Shown in pieces: positions 12,457-27,300 of a stretch of DNA of 64,000 nt. The stretch is from Microthyrium microscopicum (lineage: Eukaryota). Made by a program: the position numbers and the translations under genes. The DNA lies in contig MU004231.1 of the NCBI GenBank assembly GCA_010405405.1, positions 1,805,784 to 1,869,783 on the forward strand. The letters run 5' to 3'. The notes under the pieces were generated by a model that ran no database searches, was not told where the DNA came from, and saw only the letters and a program-made list of their open reading frames with translations. Each line of letters opens with the position of its first letter. Within the stretch, counting starts at the first letter, position 1.

Positions 12457-13585
12457 TCAAGCACCCAGCCCCTTCAAGCTCGCCACCAGATCAACAACCG
12501 TCTTTTGAAACCCCACAAACTCACTCCCGAGCAAACCCCTCGCCCTTCCATTATCAAACTTGAAATAATTCTGCACACTTCCACCAGGGAAATCACCGCC
12601 CTCACTCGACTCCTCCGGCAGCCTTCCAGCATACTCAGGAAACTCCTTCCTAACGATATCAACAATCTCCTTATTGCTATAATATCCACCCACCGCCATG
12701 ACCCTCTTACCGGCCATCTCCTCACCTTCAGCCGCGAGCACATGAATCAGCGCCGCATCTCTCACATCAACGCAGAGAAACAGACCCGTATCCGGCACCG
12801 AGTCCTTCCACTTCCCCGCCAGCACATCACGAATCCTCGCGTTTGATGTATTCACGCTCTCCAGTGTAACATCATGTATCATAGGTCCAAAAACCATCGG
12901 CGGATTCACAGTCGTCAGACTAAAATTTGGCTTCTTTTCATCCATGAAGTTCCAAGCAGCTTGCTCGGCCAACTTCTTGGACCCGCTGTAGCCAACGGCC
13001 GGTGAAGTCAGTGCTTCCTCGTGTGTGACAGGGTTCCAGTCTGCCTCGGAATATGTGTGCTCAGGCCAGTTACCACGATCGCGCTGCCACATCGCGGCGA
13101 AGGAGGATGTGATGATCACGCGACGGACGGAAGGGGCGTTGGCAGCGATGGAGAGCAGGATGTTGGTTGTGCCGTTTATGGCGGGGTCCAGCAATTGGGA
13201 TTGAACGTCTGTGATGGCGAAGGTATAGGGGGAGGCTGTGTGGATCTAGGGGATGAATGTTAGGAGAGGTAAGCTGTAGGTAAAACTGAACTTACGACTG
13301 CGTCAAAGGGAGGATCTGAGATGACAGCCTCATCAAAGGCGCCATCCAGGGCAATGTCGGGGACAATGGCGAAGGCTAGTTTACCACTATCATATTGGGC
13401 ATATCTTTGGCGGATTTTGTCAGCTTTGGCGCTATTGCGGACTGTTGTTACGACCGAATGACTTAGAAATATTAGCTTGGTTTCGTTTGTTTGATACGGT
13501 ATTGGTCGGACCCTCTCTTGAGGAGTGTATCGAGTACATGAGCTCCTAAGAAGCCACTACCGCCAGTGAGCAGAACTCTAGACAT
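12457..13585 (-). CDS. NAD(P)-dependent ketoreductase/epimerase (Gre2/dihydroflavonol-reductase-like extended SDR)
   Basis: MSRVLLTGGSGFLGAH, IHTASP, RVIITSSFAA, catalytic YSGSKKLAE, NPPMVFGP, VDVRDAALIHV; two short 5' introns. Confidence 0.9.
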
Positions 13586-14279
13586 TTTGTAAATAGGGGT
13601 TTAATGTTGAATTGGAGTGTTTTTGGCCTGTAGTAGTATTTCGGGTACTATCAAGTCGCGTGGTCGAGGTAGTTCGAACAGTACTATCCTATTGACTGAG
13701 TATGGCGGACTTTATATCAGTCAGCGCTGGCTAAGAAGTTGATATAAGGCCGAGCACATGCAGCTTCTACTGGGGGTGGCCCCGCAGATCCCGCGCTGTG
13801 TGCACAATGCTGTATAATACTCTGTACACTCACTAAAGGCACGTCAGCCTGAGTAATACATAGAGAATGATTACTCAAGAAACAGTTCTCAAAGTTTGAC
13901 TTGGAGTTACGCTACTATTCCGTATTACAAAGGTCAATCAGACAGCTCTACTTGAAGAGACTGGTGTCATGCGATAGGCAACCTTCCTTTATTGATAAGC
14001 GTACCTTACGAGCTTCAAGTCTCGTTCGTAGGATGATCCGCGAGCACTTCTGGTGATATCGTTCTGTGTTTTTGATGAAGTATATTCTTTTCAGTACGAA
14101 AACAGGTATCTGACCGAAGGAAAACTTTCGCTGATGAATCTGATGCTCTTGTCCAAGCCAAAAATCTACGGGAGACATCGTAGGGGAATACAGGAGAAAC
14201 ACTACCAATCCAAGTCTTTCGTCGGATAGCAAAACACAACAAACCGAGACATGCGCGATGCAGATCACAGTTGTGGTAT

Positions 14280-15555
14280 TCATGCGCCCTCGCGGCTTTT
14301 GCGATAGTTGGCCTACAATGTACAATTAGATAAATGCTGTAGCTGATCTCGTGTAAGGCTGTTATACCTCCTGTTCCACCTGGAGCTGGTCAACTACTGG
14401 AGCCAATTCGGACATAATCTCGTAAGCCTTCTTGTGGTATTCTAATTGAGCGGCGATCAATTCTGCCAAGTTTCTCAATGGCTCGGGCGTGTCCAAGACC
14501 TGTAGCCGTTAGCTTTAATGGCATCGATTTAGACACATATGTTATTCTCACATTCTTCATCACACCAACAGCCTCTTCGGTTTGGGCAAGTAGTTCATCT
14601 TCCTTAGCCTCGATCTCAGCGCGGGCCTCTTCGGAGAGATGCTCATCTTCGCCAAGATTATCTCGACCTTGTCCAGGGAAAGAGAAGGCACCGCTGTTCT
14701 TGTACTTGGCCTTGGTAGCATCGAGGTTCAAGCGGGCACTTTCAACACCTCGTCGTGCACGGGTTGCGAACTGAATCTGAGTGTTGAGTGTTGTGCTCCA
14801 GCCAGCAAGGAATCGAGCTTGGACATCGGCGTCTTGGGCAAGACGAGCTTCTCCGACCTTCTCTTCTGCAATGGCATATTTCTCCAAAGCACCTGCAAGA
14901 GGGTCGTCCTTAGCGCCATCATGGTCAGCGGTTTTGAGGACCTGGGACGAGGCGAGGGAGGCTCTAGCAATAGCATGATTGAATGTCTTGGGTTGTGGCT
15001 TGGCTGAAGGGGGAGCGGTCATGGCAGCAGCTGCCTCAGAGGCACTGTTAGCGGTGGAAAGAAGGGAGACCTTTTCGGTAACGGTGCGGCCAAGGTCGTT
15101 GAAGGATTCGCGAAGATTGGTGGGATAGTCGTAAGCTTCGTGGGTGTATTGCGAACTACGGACACTATTAGACTCGAGGTTTTATGTATGATGAGCGCAT
15201 TACGTACGTTACTTGGAGCATCTTCTGGTGGACCTGCTTCAAAGCGTCTACGCGCTTCTCAAGCTCCAGATAATTGTCGGGAAGTTTGGTCTCAAAGTAT
15301 CGTCAGCAAGCACATCTTGCTTATCGTGATGGTAGAAAAGCAATACCTTGTCATCAACATTTCCAAACTGCTCTTTCATCATTTGCTGAGTGCGGTTCAC
15401 GGTCGGCACAATTGCCGCCCTATAATTCCACGTCAGTATCCGTAAACTGGAAGCTCAACTCGATATGTCCATAGCTTGGTAGCCTAGAGACCTGTCTTGT
15501 GTTCGCGGGGTGAGACTAACGTGAAGCTTTTACCAAAAGCTTGGATGCGATCCAT
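14280..15555 (-). CDS. GVP36: BAR-domain protein Gvp36 (multi-exon)
   Basis: MDRIQAFGKSF start; LPDNYLELEKRVDALK, SQYTHEAYDYPTNLRESF, PKTFNHAIARA, QTEEAVGVMKNVLDTPEPL; last exon ANYRKSREGA-stop. Confidence 0.88.
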
Positions 15556-15924
15556 GATTGCGGTAGATTATTTCTTGGTAGGCGATTGAGAGTAATAACG
15601 AGGAAAAGTTTGGCGATGTGGTGGAAGATATGTATGTAGGATGGTGTATGCACATGCGACCCTTTCGGATTTGTTGCTGACCCTTCGTCACTGCGGCGAT
15701 GATCCACTTAGCCTGGTCCACCCTGCCACGCTATTCCTCCTTTGAACCTAGCCGTAACAATCTTTTTTAGCGTCTTTCCAGATGCGATCAGACATTCAAG
15801 AAATTTCTACAACCCTCTGGAATTGACAATCTCGCGATCTCTACCTTTTCTCCTTCTCTGTCCTAATTCTCCATTTCTTGTCTGTATAATCATCTCCTCT
15901 CTTTTTACATCAGTCAATGTCATC

Positions 15925-17634
15925 ATGAGCACACCGGCCGCCGGCCTTCCTTTCAAGGCCATATCATCCCTCCCTTTCCGCATAGCATCCGCCCCAGCAT
16001 CCTGTTTGCGCCATTCATCAAGATCACAACCCCGGATAGAAAAGACAAATAAGAGACACTTCTCACGCGCCAGATGGCGAGACTCTACACTTAAACCGGA
16101 GCCAAAATGCTCCTTTTCTGTTCAACGCCGTGTATGAGCATCCATCTATGACATTATCACTTGAAATCTTGCTCACTGTTCATAGCATTTCCACGCCTCC
16201 AATTCTCTATCCGCAACTCCCGACCCTTATAAAGTCCTCGGCGTTCAGAAAAGCTCATCTGCCGCCGACATCAAAAAGGCTTATTACAGCTTGGCCAAAA
16301 AGTACCACCCCGATACGAGCAAGGAAAAGGGTGCGAAAGAAAAATTTGCTGAAGCCCAATCAGCCTACGAACTCCTATCCGATCCCAAACAAAAAGAAGC
16401 ATACGACACCTACGGCTCCGCTGCGTTTAACCAAGGCGGCTTCAATCCCGGTGCAGCAGGACAAGGACAAGGAAACCCATTCGCTGGAGGAGGAAATCCA
16501 TTCGGAGGCTTCGGGCGGGGTTTCGGAGGTGCTGGTGGTGGAGGAATAAATTTTGAAGATCTTTTCGGAGCATTTGGAGGAGCCGCTGGTGGCGCAGGCA
16601 GGAGGGGCGGCGGAAATCCATTTGCGACAGAATCGGTCTATGTTGGCGATGATGTCGACGTCAACATGCACATAAGCTTTATGGAAGCCGCCAAGGGTGT
16701 TTCTAAGAACGTGTCGGTCAGTCATATGAAAAAGTGTGGAACTTGCAATGGCAATGGCTTGAAAACTGGTGTACAAAAGTCCAAATGCGGAAAATGCAAT
16801 GGAACCGGAACGAGGGTCATGTTTATGCAAGGTGGTTTTCAGATGGCGAGCACTTGCGACCAATGTGGCGGAAGCGGTGTCAGTGTTCCAAAGGGAGGGG
16901 AATGCCGAACCTGCAGCGGAGATGGAGTAACAAGGACTCGAGAAACAGTCAACATTGACATACCGCCTGGCGTGGAAGACGGAATGCGATTACGAGTTGC
17001 TGGCGAAGGCGACACTCCCCCTATCGGTCAAGCCGATGAGAAGACTCCGAAGTTCCAAGCAGGCGATCTCTTTGTGCACATCCGGGTTGCGCCAGATGCC
17101 AACTTTGCTCGATCTGGCGCCGATATTCTATACACCGCATCGATACCTCTCACTACAGCGTTGCTTGGTGGTAATATCAAGGTGCCAACGCTTGACAATC
17201 AAGTCGAGGTCAAGGTACCTACCGGAACTGGAACTGGCGACAAGGTCACTCTTAGCGGCATGGGAATGAGCAAAATCAACTCTAGACGCTCCGCAAAGGG
17301 TGATCTCAAAGTCGAATTTAAAATCAACATGCCGAAATATCTCAGCGCCAACCAACGGACGCTTGCTGAAATGCTAGCAAATGAGCTGGGCGACAAGACC
17401 GCTAAGCGGGTGATGACGAATGTCTGGAAGGATGAAGGTGCAGATGTCTCAAATCCAGACTCGCACAAAAACGAGGGTATCTTGAAATCAGCGTGGCATG
17501 CCATAACAGGACAACACGCACATCTAAACAAGACTGAGGGAACGACATCAGAGAAGAAGACGGAAGATACCACTAAGAAGCCTGAGACCAAAGACGAGAC
17601 TGAAGAGAAGAAGAAAGCATCCGGGTCTGGATGA
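15925..17634 (+). CDS. MDJ1: Mitochondrial type I DnaJ chaperone, 2 exons
   Basis: Basic presequence; J-domain with DPYKVLG and HPD; G/F-rich linker; four CxxCxGxG zinc repeats; DnaJ C-terminal domain. Confidence 0.93.
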
Positions 17635-18015
17635 TAGAAGGAATACGGAACAACTCCCTACTCTTATGAGCCATTTGGCATGATAAAATACTGTAGACCA
17701 TTTGCTAATCGCAATGTAATAGAACTTGTACTTTTATGCTGCCAACTCGACATCTCAACTTGGCTAATCACTAAGCGAAGTCATACCCATCGAGATTTTC
17801 AACTACTACACCAGTTCTTAACCACAATACTAGCTTTCAGCCATTAGTATCGGTCTTCATCTCTGTCACCATGAACTAGCGAAAATGTTACTTTTCAATA
17901 TAACCTGATCTATTCGATTCTGGATTTCATTAGTTATCAGCTACACGAGCTGACAAAACTAGTACTCTATTCTATATCGGTTTCGTCCTCATCATCAGCC
18001 CCATATTAAAGGCGT

Positions 18016-19905
18016 TCAAGCTCTGTGCAGTCGTATAGTTGTTCCGTCACCTGGAGCCAGCACAGTCTGCCATCCAAGCTTCAAATTATTCACTCCCTCC
18101 GGCCTCTCGATCTTGTCATACCGCATCAACATCCGCACAATGACAAACGCCGCCTGTGTGATCGAGTATTGTTGGCCAATACAGATCTGCGGGCCAGCAA
18201 TGAAAGGAATGAAATCATATCCCTTCTTCCTGCCCTCCCAGCGCTCCGGTCGAAATTCATGGGCATCATCTCCCCAAACGTCCTTTCGGCGATGTGCCAC
18301 GTAAATGCTGATATTGACTGTAGCACCTTTCGGCACTGCAATAGGCTGATCTCCATCTGGTCCACCACCACGTGGCAACACAGTGTTCTGCGCAGCGACA
18401 CGCTGGATATTGGCACCGCCAGGAAACAAGCGAAGAGTCTCGTTGATGAAATACTGCAAGTACTTGCAGTTCTTCAAGCTCTCGAACGTGATCTCCTCCT
18501 TCGGCGCAGTCTCAGTGCCAAAAGTCTCAACAACTACCGCCCTCAGCTTCTCGAATATTGCCGGATGCTCAGCCATAAGGCCAATCGAGAAGCCCAGGAG
18601 CGAAGTGGTCGTTTCAAAGCCGGCGATAATCAAATGTCGCGCCTGATTAGCAATCCACTCGAAATCCCTCTCCTCCGCCACAAAGCCTTCAAGAACATTG
18701 CCAGGCTCACCCTCATTCAAGACCAAATTTTCCTTCGCCACTTCGATCGCGCCGCGCAGATACGTGTTCATGATAGCGACCAGCTTATTCACCGCAAACC
18801 GGTAACTGGGTCCATCATGCCACCAGTACGATGTGCCCAACCGCATGCGTACTGCAATGTGGCCTTGAGTTGCTTTGAACGCTTGCTCAAACCCGTCCAT
18901 GGAGATGGTGGCTGGCGTGGCATGGAGTTTTCCTTCGCGGACTAGATGGCAGGCTTGGGTGCCGGCGGAGACGCCGTAGAGGAAGTCAGTGGAGGTGTCC
19001 ATGGCGAAACGGCTCAGGGTGCTGTAGATGTCTTCGGCGTTTGTCCAGCCTGAGGAGTCGGTGGGTGGGAGGGCCAGAAAGAGGTTTTGAAGATGGGTTT
19101 CGTTGTTGGCGATGTTGGCTTCTATTCTTTGGCGGGTGAATTTTGATTTGATGAGTTTTCGGGAGTGGGACCATTTTGGACCGTCCTGTGGATATGATCA
19201 GTGTCTAACTTCTCATTTATATGACATGAAAGTACTTACCAGCGTCAAAATACCAGGCCCAAGGAGGGGAGATATAGCTTTAGCACGGAACAGTGGTCGT
19301 TCCCATTCGTTGAATTTGGTCGCTAGTACTGCTTGAAAGTTCTCGGGCTCCAGTGTTGCGATGCCCCTGATTCTACCAGTCCAGAAGGAAGCGAGGCCAT
19401 GAGTGAGTCCATTCTTGTTGTATTTGCTCATGAGATAGTCATCTAGGATGTTCCCATCTACGCGCGAGAGCTCGAGATATCGCCGAAATTTGCCTCCAAA
19501 CGGATTTGGTGCAATTTTCATTGGGACGCATCCATTTCTTTGGGCGAAACGACGGAATGAGATGGCTCGAGAGATTTTGGAGAGCGCCTTGATGAGCAAG
19601 ACAACAGTAACGACTGTGATCAAGACGTCCACAGACTTAACGCCTTCAGTGGCTTCCGCAATCGTTTCGAGAGTGGTTGAGAGAGCGAGCGTGAATGATT
19701 CGAGCTTGGATTCTGCGACTACTGTATATGTCTGAAGGGACACTGATCCGCCAACGGCAAGAACGTTTTGTTTGGTATGTTTGTCATGATGAGCAAGTGA
19801 GGCATTGGCAGACCACGAGCTGCTAATGGGTGATAGACCTGCATGAGTAACAAGATCGGCAGGAGAAGGGCCCAATAACGGGTTGAAGTATTTTGATTGC
19901 TCCAT
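18016..19905 (-). CDS. Cytochrome P450, CYP52-clan-like (2 exons)
   Basis: EPENFQAVLATKF, LLGPGILTL|DGPKWSHSR across the intron at ~19187-19239, AGFETT, ETLR, LPRGGGPDG, FRPERW and heme motif FIAGPQICIG. Start codon uncertain. Confidence 0.9.
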
Positions 19906-21888
19906 TACTTCTACAGCTTGATGGGGGGTTCTGCATATAGGAACTGTCTGGAATTCCCTTCAATTTATACCCCTGGGAACTAGGCTACTAGATAGTGAAG
20001 CCCAGCTCATCATATGATAGTGGCCATCAGGTCGTATGCTCCATGGTTCACCAAAGCTTTCCTAATGGAGAAAGCAGCATATTGCTACTGCATAGTATCA
20101 GACTCATCTATCTTACCAGTAACGGAACCAACATTCAAACGGACAGCCGAGAATCTGCAGGATGTCTTTGTACAGAAGCAAGGCCCAGACCGAAGGATTA
20201 TTGCTGAATAAAACATGGTGTGAGCCAACTAATCGAAGTAGTACCAATTGTGAAAAGTTTGTACATGCAGCCGGATTGATAACTCATCAGAAACCTCCAC
20301 GTCGAGCCGTGTCACAAGGTCTCTCGTGGGATGTAAAGCTTGAACTCGATACGAGCCGTCTCTTGTGTCCTGATATACACGTCTATTGGTTGTTTTAGGG
20401 GCTAGGCTTTTATTTGTAGTACGGGGTTGTATGCCAATGCAAAGAGGTGCCAATGGGAGCAGTAAAAATATGTACCGGCCAATCTAAACTATAGAAAGGG
20501 GACCATATGGCTCAATGAGAATTCGATATATCGAGATCGTAGTAGATTCATCACCGATCTGGTCGGCCTCTTCAGCGACCTCATGGCCTCCAAAGTGACC
20601 AAATAAGGGACAAGCTCTCACCGACTTGAACACCGAAGCTCGTTCCAAACGAATTGCAGAGCGGATGGTCCTCCAATATGGGACGACTGATCATGCTGAA
20701 TAGTAGCATGTGCAAGTCTTGAGGAGATTTGAACGTACAGCCAATCACTTCATGGTATCAGCACTGAATGAAGACTTCGGACTGGGCTTTGAGTAAAGGA
20801 TGAACAAGATTCTCGGAAGCAATCGTGCTTCCAATTCAAGTTCCGATATCCATATCGTGTTAGTGAATACGCCAATGGGGTCCGCGGGAATACGTTAATG
20901 CAGTTGGGTGGCCGAACGATTGTACGAGTCTAGTTGCGCATCGTGTTGGATAACTTGAATTAGACTCGGTCTTATGAGAAGTTGTTATCTCAACATGCCA
21001 TTATCGAACGATAAAACATGTAGTTAGCTCGTGAACAATCCAAAAAACTAGTTTCGAATTGGGTGAAAGCTCGAAATAATATCCGTGGACACGTAAACTA
21101 AGGACTTGGTAGGTTAGAGGTAGCCTTGTAGGATTCAGCAACGGCCCAATCCGCATGCCATGTTTTATCCCAGAGATATGGCATCCAATCCCAAATCGAG
21201 TAGCCTCAGAGAACCAACATCACAAGGTAGTCAGGTCTTCAACGCAATTTGTTGATACGTTTGTAAAAGATAGACGAATATCAGGAAGACGAGAGAAAAA
21301 GAAAAGCCTCGCTGATGCAATATTCCAAATCCTTCTCTGCAGGAGTATTGATACTTACGGCACCGAAGGGGTCCAGTATGGCAACTTTGAAAATTTCTTA
21401 TATGTTGTACCTATGCGGCAACCAATACGAACGAAGCATATATGTTGGTCTTGATATCGGTCCTGCAGGACGGCTCTTCCACCTACACTATATGCCACAG
21501 TCGTTCTCGATAGAAAAAGATATGGTCTAGAGCGTCGACAATGAACTAGTAATCGAAATACGCCAACGGCAATAATCAGCCAGCGATTGGGAAAGAACCG
21601 ATAGCCACTCCGCCATTTGATAACGACATGCGTGGTGCTATCAGACTGCTTGAACGAATGGAGGTCACTATGCGGGCTCGGAGTGTCCGTTGGCGCTATA
21701 ACTTTTGCGAGTCAATGTCGCCGAAAGATGAGCATGTCAGTCGCTTCTCGTGTGAACTTTGACAAAGGTTGTGAGTGATGTATTAGCTTTGGATGCGCTA
21801 GTCCCGTTCACACAACACTCTTCGCACTTACCTTACTTACACTCTGACCCCACAATCTTTCCGGCTTGAATTTCGCAATTCCAAAGCA

Positions 21889-23802
21889 ATGGAAGAAACT
21901 CATGATGAAAAGCCGGCGCCATCGTCCCATTCACGAAATCAGATACTGCTATGCTTTCTGGGTATGCTGTTGATGAACCTGGTCGTTGCCATTGATGCAA
22001 CAGCGTTGTCCGTAGCCTTTCCTGTAAGAAAGCAGAAATCCCGAACTGATTGCACCGTTCACTCATGTCGAGATTAGGCCATTTCCAAGGATATCGATGC
22101 TTCATTCATCAGCATCTACTATACAGGAATTTCATTCCTGTTGGCATGGACGGTGTCTCAGCCAGTGTTTGCCTCTTTTGCAGCTCTGAGCCGTCGAGTC
22201 ACGATTTCGGTTATCCTTGTGTTCTTCATGGCAGGCATAATCGTCTCATCCTTAGCGAAAGAGACTTGGGTTCTAATCTTGGGACGCGCCATTCAAGGCA
22301 TTGGAGCTGGTGGCATTGTGGCGTTGACTTATGTTCTCATGGCGGACTTGTTCACGCTCCAAGAACGAGCCAAATTCATCAGCTACCTGACTCTGGTTTA
22401 TCTGGTGGGAACCATCACAGGTCCATTAATAGGAGGAGGATTTTCAGACCGCGTGAGCTGGGTGAGTGGATTTCAGGCCCATTTTTCGTAGTTTCGAACT
22501 GTGCGCAGCTTACTGACGGAATTCAGAGATGGATCTTCTGGTTTCAGATGCCATTGACTGCATTGGCAATGATTCTTGTTCCAATCTTTACGAAATCTGT
22601 TCAGGTACCTCTGACCAAAAAACAAATCTTGGCTGGCATCGACTGGGTTGGAATGACTGGCTTTGGTATTGGTTTATCGTTGTTCCTTATCATCTTTTCC
22701 GCTGTAAGTCTCCTCGTGAATATTATGGGATCCTAAGCTAATGAAAAGTAGAGTGGAGTATCGGTGCGTTTCATCCTCAATGCCTCGTATCAACTGGACT
22801 AATGGTTCTTTAGTGGCCATGGAAGCACTGGCGAACCATCGTCGGCTTGATATTGGGCGCGTTGATCCTAGTGGCCACTTTCAGTCTTTCCTACCTGAGT
22901 AAAATGAAAGTGCGGCCTATGATTCCTCTGGTTGTCATCAAGGACCGCACGGCTGCCATCAACTTCTTCGGTTCGTTTTCGCAAGGAATGATAGTAAGTT
23001 GTTCTTCACGCAACGGTAGATGCCGGCTAAAGAAGTTTAGCAATGTACTTTGGTGTACTATCTCCCGCTGTTCTACCAGACTGCTCGACCTTTCAGTCCT
23101 TTGATGGCTGGAGTTTTGCTAGTATGTTGTCCTATCGGTTCTGAGATGCTTACTGATAAAGAATAGCTTCCCATGTGTGCTATATCTAGCATTTTCTCTA
23201 TAGTCGCAGGCCAGTTAATCGCACGAACTCAACGTATCAAACGACTCTCAGTGATAGGCTGGACCTTGTTTGCACTTGGACTGATCCCATTGTCCGCTGG
23301 GGCTCTCAGCGTCAAGACTCCTGTTGTGGGATGGATTTTCGCGACGGTTCTCATGTCGATCGCCAATGGATTCGTTATCGTCTCTTGTCCACTTGCGACT
23401 CAAGCATCAGCAGAGCATCGATCTGATTGTGCCTTTGAGGAGCGTATCGGTATCAAGGCTATGGCCGCTGCATTGAACCCATTTTTCCGAGCTCTTGGAC
23501 AAGTGATCGGTGTGGTCCTTGGAGAGACGGTCATCTCAAATATTCTCAAGAAGAAGCTGAGCAGTGATGAGGCGGCCAATATCCTCAGTATTGTAAGTCA
23601 ACTGCATTCGTCAAATGCAAGAAGCGAGCAGAGTTACTTGATTCAAGCTGTGGTCGATAGTTTGAATGTGGTTTGGCTGGTACTCAATGTGGTTGCTGTG
23701 GTCAATATGTTGCTCTCTTTTCTTACCAAAGACTTCAAGTTTGAGCCTAGTGTCAAACCTGAACCTTCCAAAGTCAAGGTCGATGGTTTAGATAAACAGT
23801 AG
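21889..23802 (+). CDS. MFS drug/metabolite efflux transporter (DHA14-like), multi-exon
   Basis: VAIDATALSVAFP, LILGRAIQGIGAGG, GPLIGGGFSDRVSW|RWIFW, IDWVG, FFRALGQVIGVVLG; many hydrophobic segments. Some internal exon boundaries were not fully resolved. Confidence 0.85.
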
Positions 23803-24383
23803 AGTAGACCTCGTTTGTGTGGCATCAGTGATGCTTCAAAGTGCTCCAACGCGTTCACTTCTGGCCGCTGTGTACTCGTGGAGGATGAGGGGCTGACTTA
23901 GATTATAATTCAAAGAAACTCCTACCAGCATATTCCCTACAATGCATCAGTGAGGCGCGCTGAACCACAGGTTAAAAGCAGTTGTAGGGCGCTTAAGTCT
24001 GAAGCAGTAGCCAGTAGAGGTTGGATGTGGGGCGAAGGAAGCCTGTACGTCGTGACGCTTCTGCTCCTTCAACCAACCCATCGTGCCATCTACAACCAAC
24101 CTACGCCCACATTAACCTACAATCCTCTCTGAGTCTTCCTATTGCTCTGTCTCCGCCACCAATAGACGCTATATCAATCGAGGCCTTCTGTACGGCGTCA
24201 CATAGCCTCCCACGACGATCACGCTCTCGATTGCCCGCGCTAAACGCGCTGCCTGAGCCTCCAACCGAACTTCCAAGTCTGCCTGAATATACACTTTCAT
24301 GCTCTACAAATCCGATTATCACTCTTTTTTCTCGCTCTGGGCTTGAACTACTTCCTTGACCGCTTGGCGGTCCAACTGCAACC

Positions 24384-27300
24384 ATGGCTCAGTCGCCGAT
24401 GATATCGTGTCCGCTGAAACAAACCAACGAAATCGACTGGGTTACACCTTTGAAGAACCATATTCGCGACAGCTATGGCGATGATCCTGAGCGTTATGTC
24501 GAAGAATGTAGCATGCTGAACCGTTTACGGCAAGACATGCGTGGAGCAGGAAAAGACAGCGCTTCAGGACGAGATCTCCTCTACCGCTACTATGGCCAAC
24601 TTGAGCTGCTTGACCTACGATTTCCGGTTGACGAGAATCACATCAAAATCTCTTTCACATGGTAGGTTACTCATCAAAAATATATTGATATCCAGGCTGA
24701 CTTCCATTCCAGGTTCGATGCCTTTACCCATAAACCCACGTCCCAATACTCCCTTGCCTACGAAAAAGCCTCCATCATATTCAATATATCCGCCGTACTG
24801 TCATGTCATGCCGCCAACCAGAACCGCCATGAAGAAACTGGCCTCAAAACCGCCTATCATTCCTTCCAAGCCGCTGCCGGGATGTTCACCTATATCAACG
24901 AAAACTTTCTACATGCTCCGTCAGCTGATCTCAGCCGAGAGACTGTCAAAACCTTGATTCACATCATGCTTGCGCAGGGCCAAGAAGTATTTTTAGAAAA
25001 GCAAATCGCCGACGACAAAAAAGTAGGTCTTTTGGCTAAGCTTGCTAGCCAGGCAGCTTATCTATACGGCCAAGCTTTGGAAGGTGCGCAAGAAAATGTG
25101 CAGAAAGGTACATTTGAGCGAGTCTGGCTACAAGTCACTCAGGTACGTTTTAATTACACAACCCTTTTATGGTCTCTAATCATGCTAGATCAAACACAAT
25201 CATATGTGTGCGGTAGCACAGTATTATCAGGCACTGGCAGACAATGATGCAAATTCACATGGCATCTCCATATGTCGTCTCCAAGTTGCCGAGACTCTAG
25301 CTCGAGATGCGAACCGATCCGCAAACACCTTCCCTGCCACTGTTTCTGCGAACTCCAATCTCACATCCGAGACGGGCATAGTTCTCAGCGATATCACTCG
25401 AAGACATCTCGCGAATATTCAACAGAAGCTAACGGAATTCGCGAAAGATAATGACTTCATTTATCATCAACCGGTCCCTTCAGAAGCCTCCCTGACGTCC
25501 ATCCCGAAACTCCCCGCCGCAAAACCTATCCCTGTCAGCGAGCTGTACCAAGGGCAAGATATACAAAAGATCATCGGTCCCGATATATTCCAGCGCATTG
25601 TGCCAATGGCTGTTACTGAGTCTGCGAGCTTATACGATGAAGAAAAAGCGAAGCTGACTCGAGCCGAAACCGAACGGGTGGAAATTGCAAATGATGAAAT
25701 GGCAGCCAGCTTTGATTACTTGAAGCTTCCTGGTAGCTTGGATGTTCTCAAGGGCGTGAAAGACCATGAGCTCTCAGTTGACCCAGAGTTCAACAAGTGG
25801 TGCTCCGACTTAGCTGGTCATGCTCCATTCTCAGAAGCTTTCGAGGAACTAGGATCCCATAAGCAGTCTATCACTGTCTTGCTAGATCAGAGCCAAAAGA
25901 ATCTTGACATGGAGGAGAGCGTCTGCGAAAAGATGCGATCCAAATATGGCGATGACTGGTCACAACAACCGAGTTCGCGGCTTACTGCGACTCTACGTAG
26001 TGATATCAAGAATTATCGATCGGCGGTCGAGGAGGCTTCTACGAGCGATGCTAGACTCTACAGCACATTCCGACAATACGAAACCGACTTTGAAGAGATG
26101 CGCAGTGCAGGTGAAACCGAAGAAGCTGACATTCTCTACCAACGAGCAATGATTAAAGCTGGAGCTTCGAGAAGTAAAGGCGGCTCTGGAGAAGCTAGTT
26201 TGCTTGATGACGACTTTGAAGGTGGTCCTAGCGTTAGCGAGCAGATTTCCAACGTGGAAGAATTGATGAAGAAGCTCAAGATGGTACGAAAAGAGAGAGA
26301 GCAAGTGCTTAAAGACCTCAAAGACAAGGTGAGACACACAAGTTTCCATTCTAGATGATGAGGCTAACGTGAAACAGGTTCATAATGATGACATCTCGAG
26401 CGTTCTAATACTCAACAAAAAATCCATCTCAAATCAAGACGCGCAAATCTTCAAGGCAGAACTAGAAAAGTTCAGGCCACACCAAAATCGCATCTTACAG
26501 GCCAATCACAAACAGAAGGCTCTGTTGAATGAACTCACCCGATCCTACGATGCTCTGCTTCAAGACAAACGAGTAAGAACCGAACAATCCAAATATGAAG
26601 CCTTCAACCGACAGCGATCAACTGTACTGGTCAAGTATCGCAAGGTTTACCAAGCTTTCAACGACCTCGAGACTGGTCTTATGCGTGCGCAAGGATTTTA
26701 CAGCGAGATGAAAGAAACAGTGGAAAGTTTGAGCAAAAACGTTGAAACATTTGTTAGCAACAGAAGAAATGAAGGAGGTCAACTTCTATCCACGATAGAA
26801 AATTCCAAGCACACTAGCAACAGTGGGCTTGTAGACTGGGAGCGTGGAGGTCTCAATCAGTTGATGGAGAAAATGACTGTCGATAGCAGTCCAGCGCCTC
26901 CTCAGCAAACGAGCAAATCCCCACCACCAGCGCCTATTCGAACAGGCTATCCTCAAAACGCAGGCGTTGCTCCCTATACTCCGGGACAACCTCCTCAACA
27001 ATCAATACCTCCATACACCCCAGGTCTCCCAACTGCCACGCGGACCCAGGAATTTACCTACAATCCGCAACACATGGGCCCAGTCTCCCCACCACCCAAT
27101 ACCGCCGCGTTCTATCAATCCGGCAATGCTTCCAATCACTTCTTCTCGCCTCCTCCAACTGCTGGCATGCAACCACCTCGCACTGCTGGATTGGTCAGCC
27201 CGCCAATATCACGCTTCTCTCAACAGTACATGCCACAACCACCTCATACTGCAGGACTTGGCGGCCCAAGCCAGCAAATGCCGCCAGGCTGGCAGCCTCC

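Noticed and set aside
18025..18945. 306-aa plus-strand ORF
   Set aside because: Entirely antisense to the P450, starts at GTG and has no recognisable motif; a codon-bias shadow ORF.
19995..21800. Small ORFs between the P450 and the MFS gene
   Set aside because: No homology cues or coherent exon chain; treated as intergenic.
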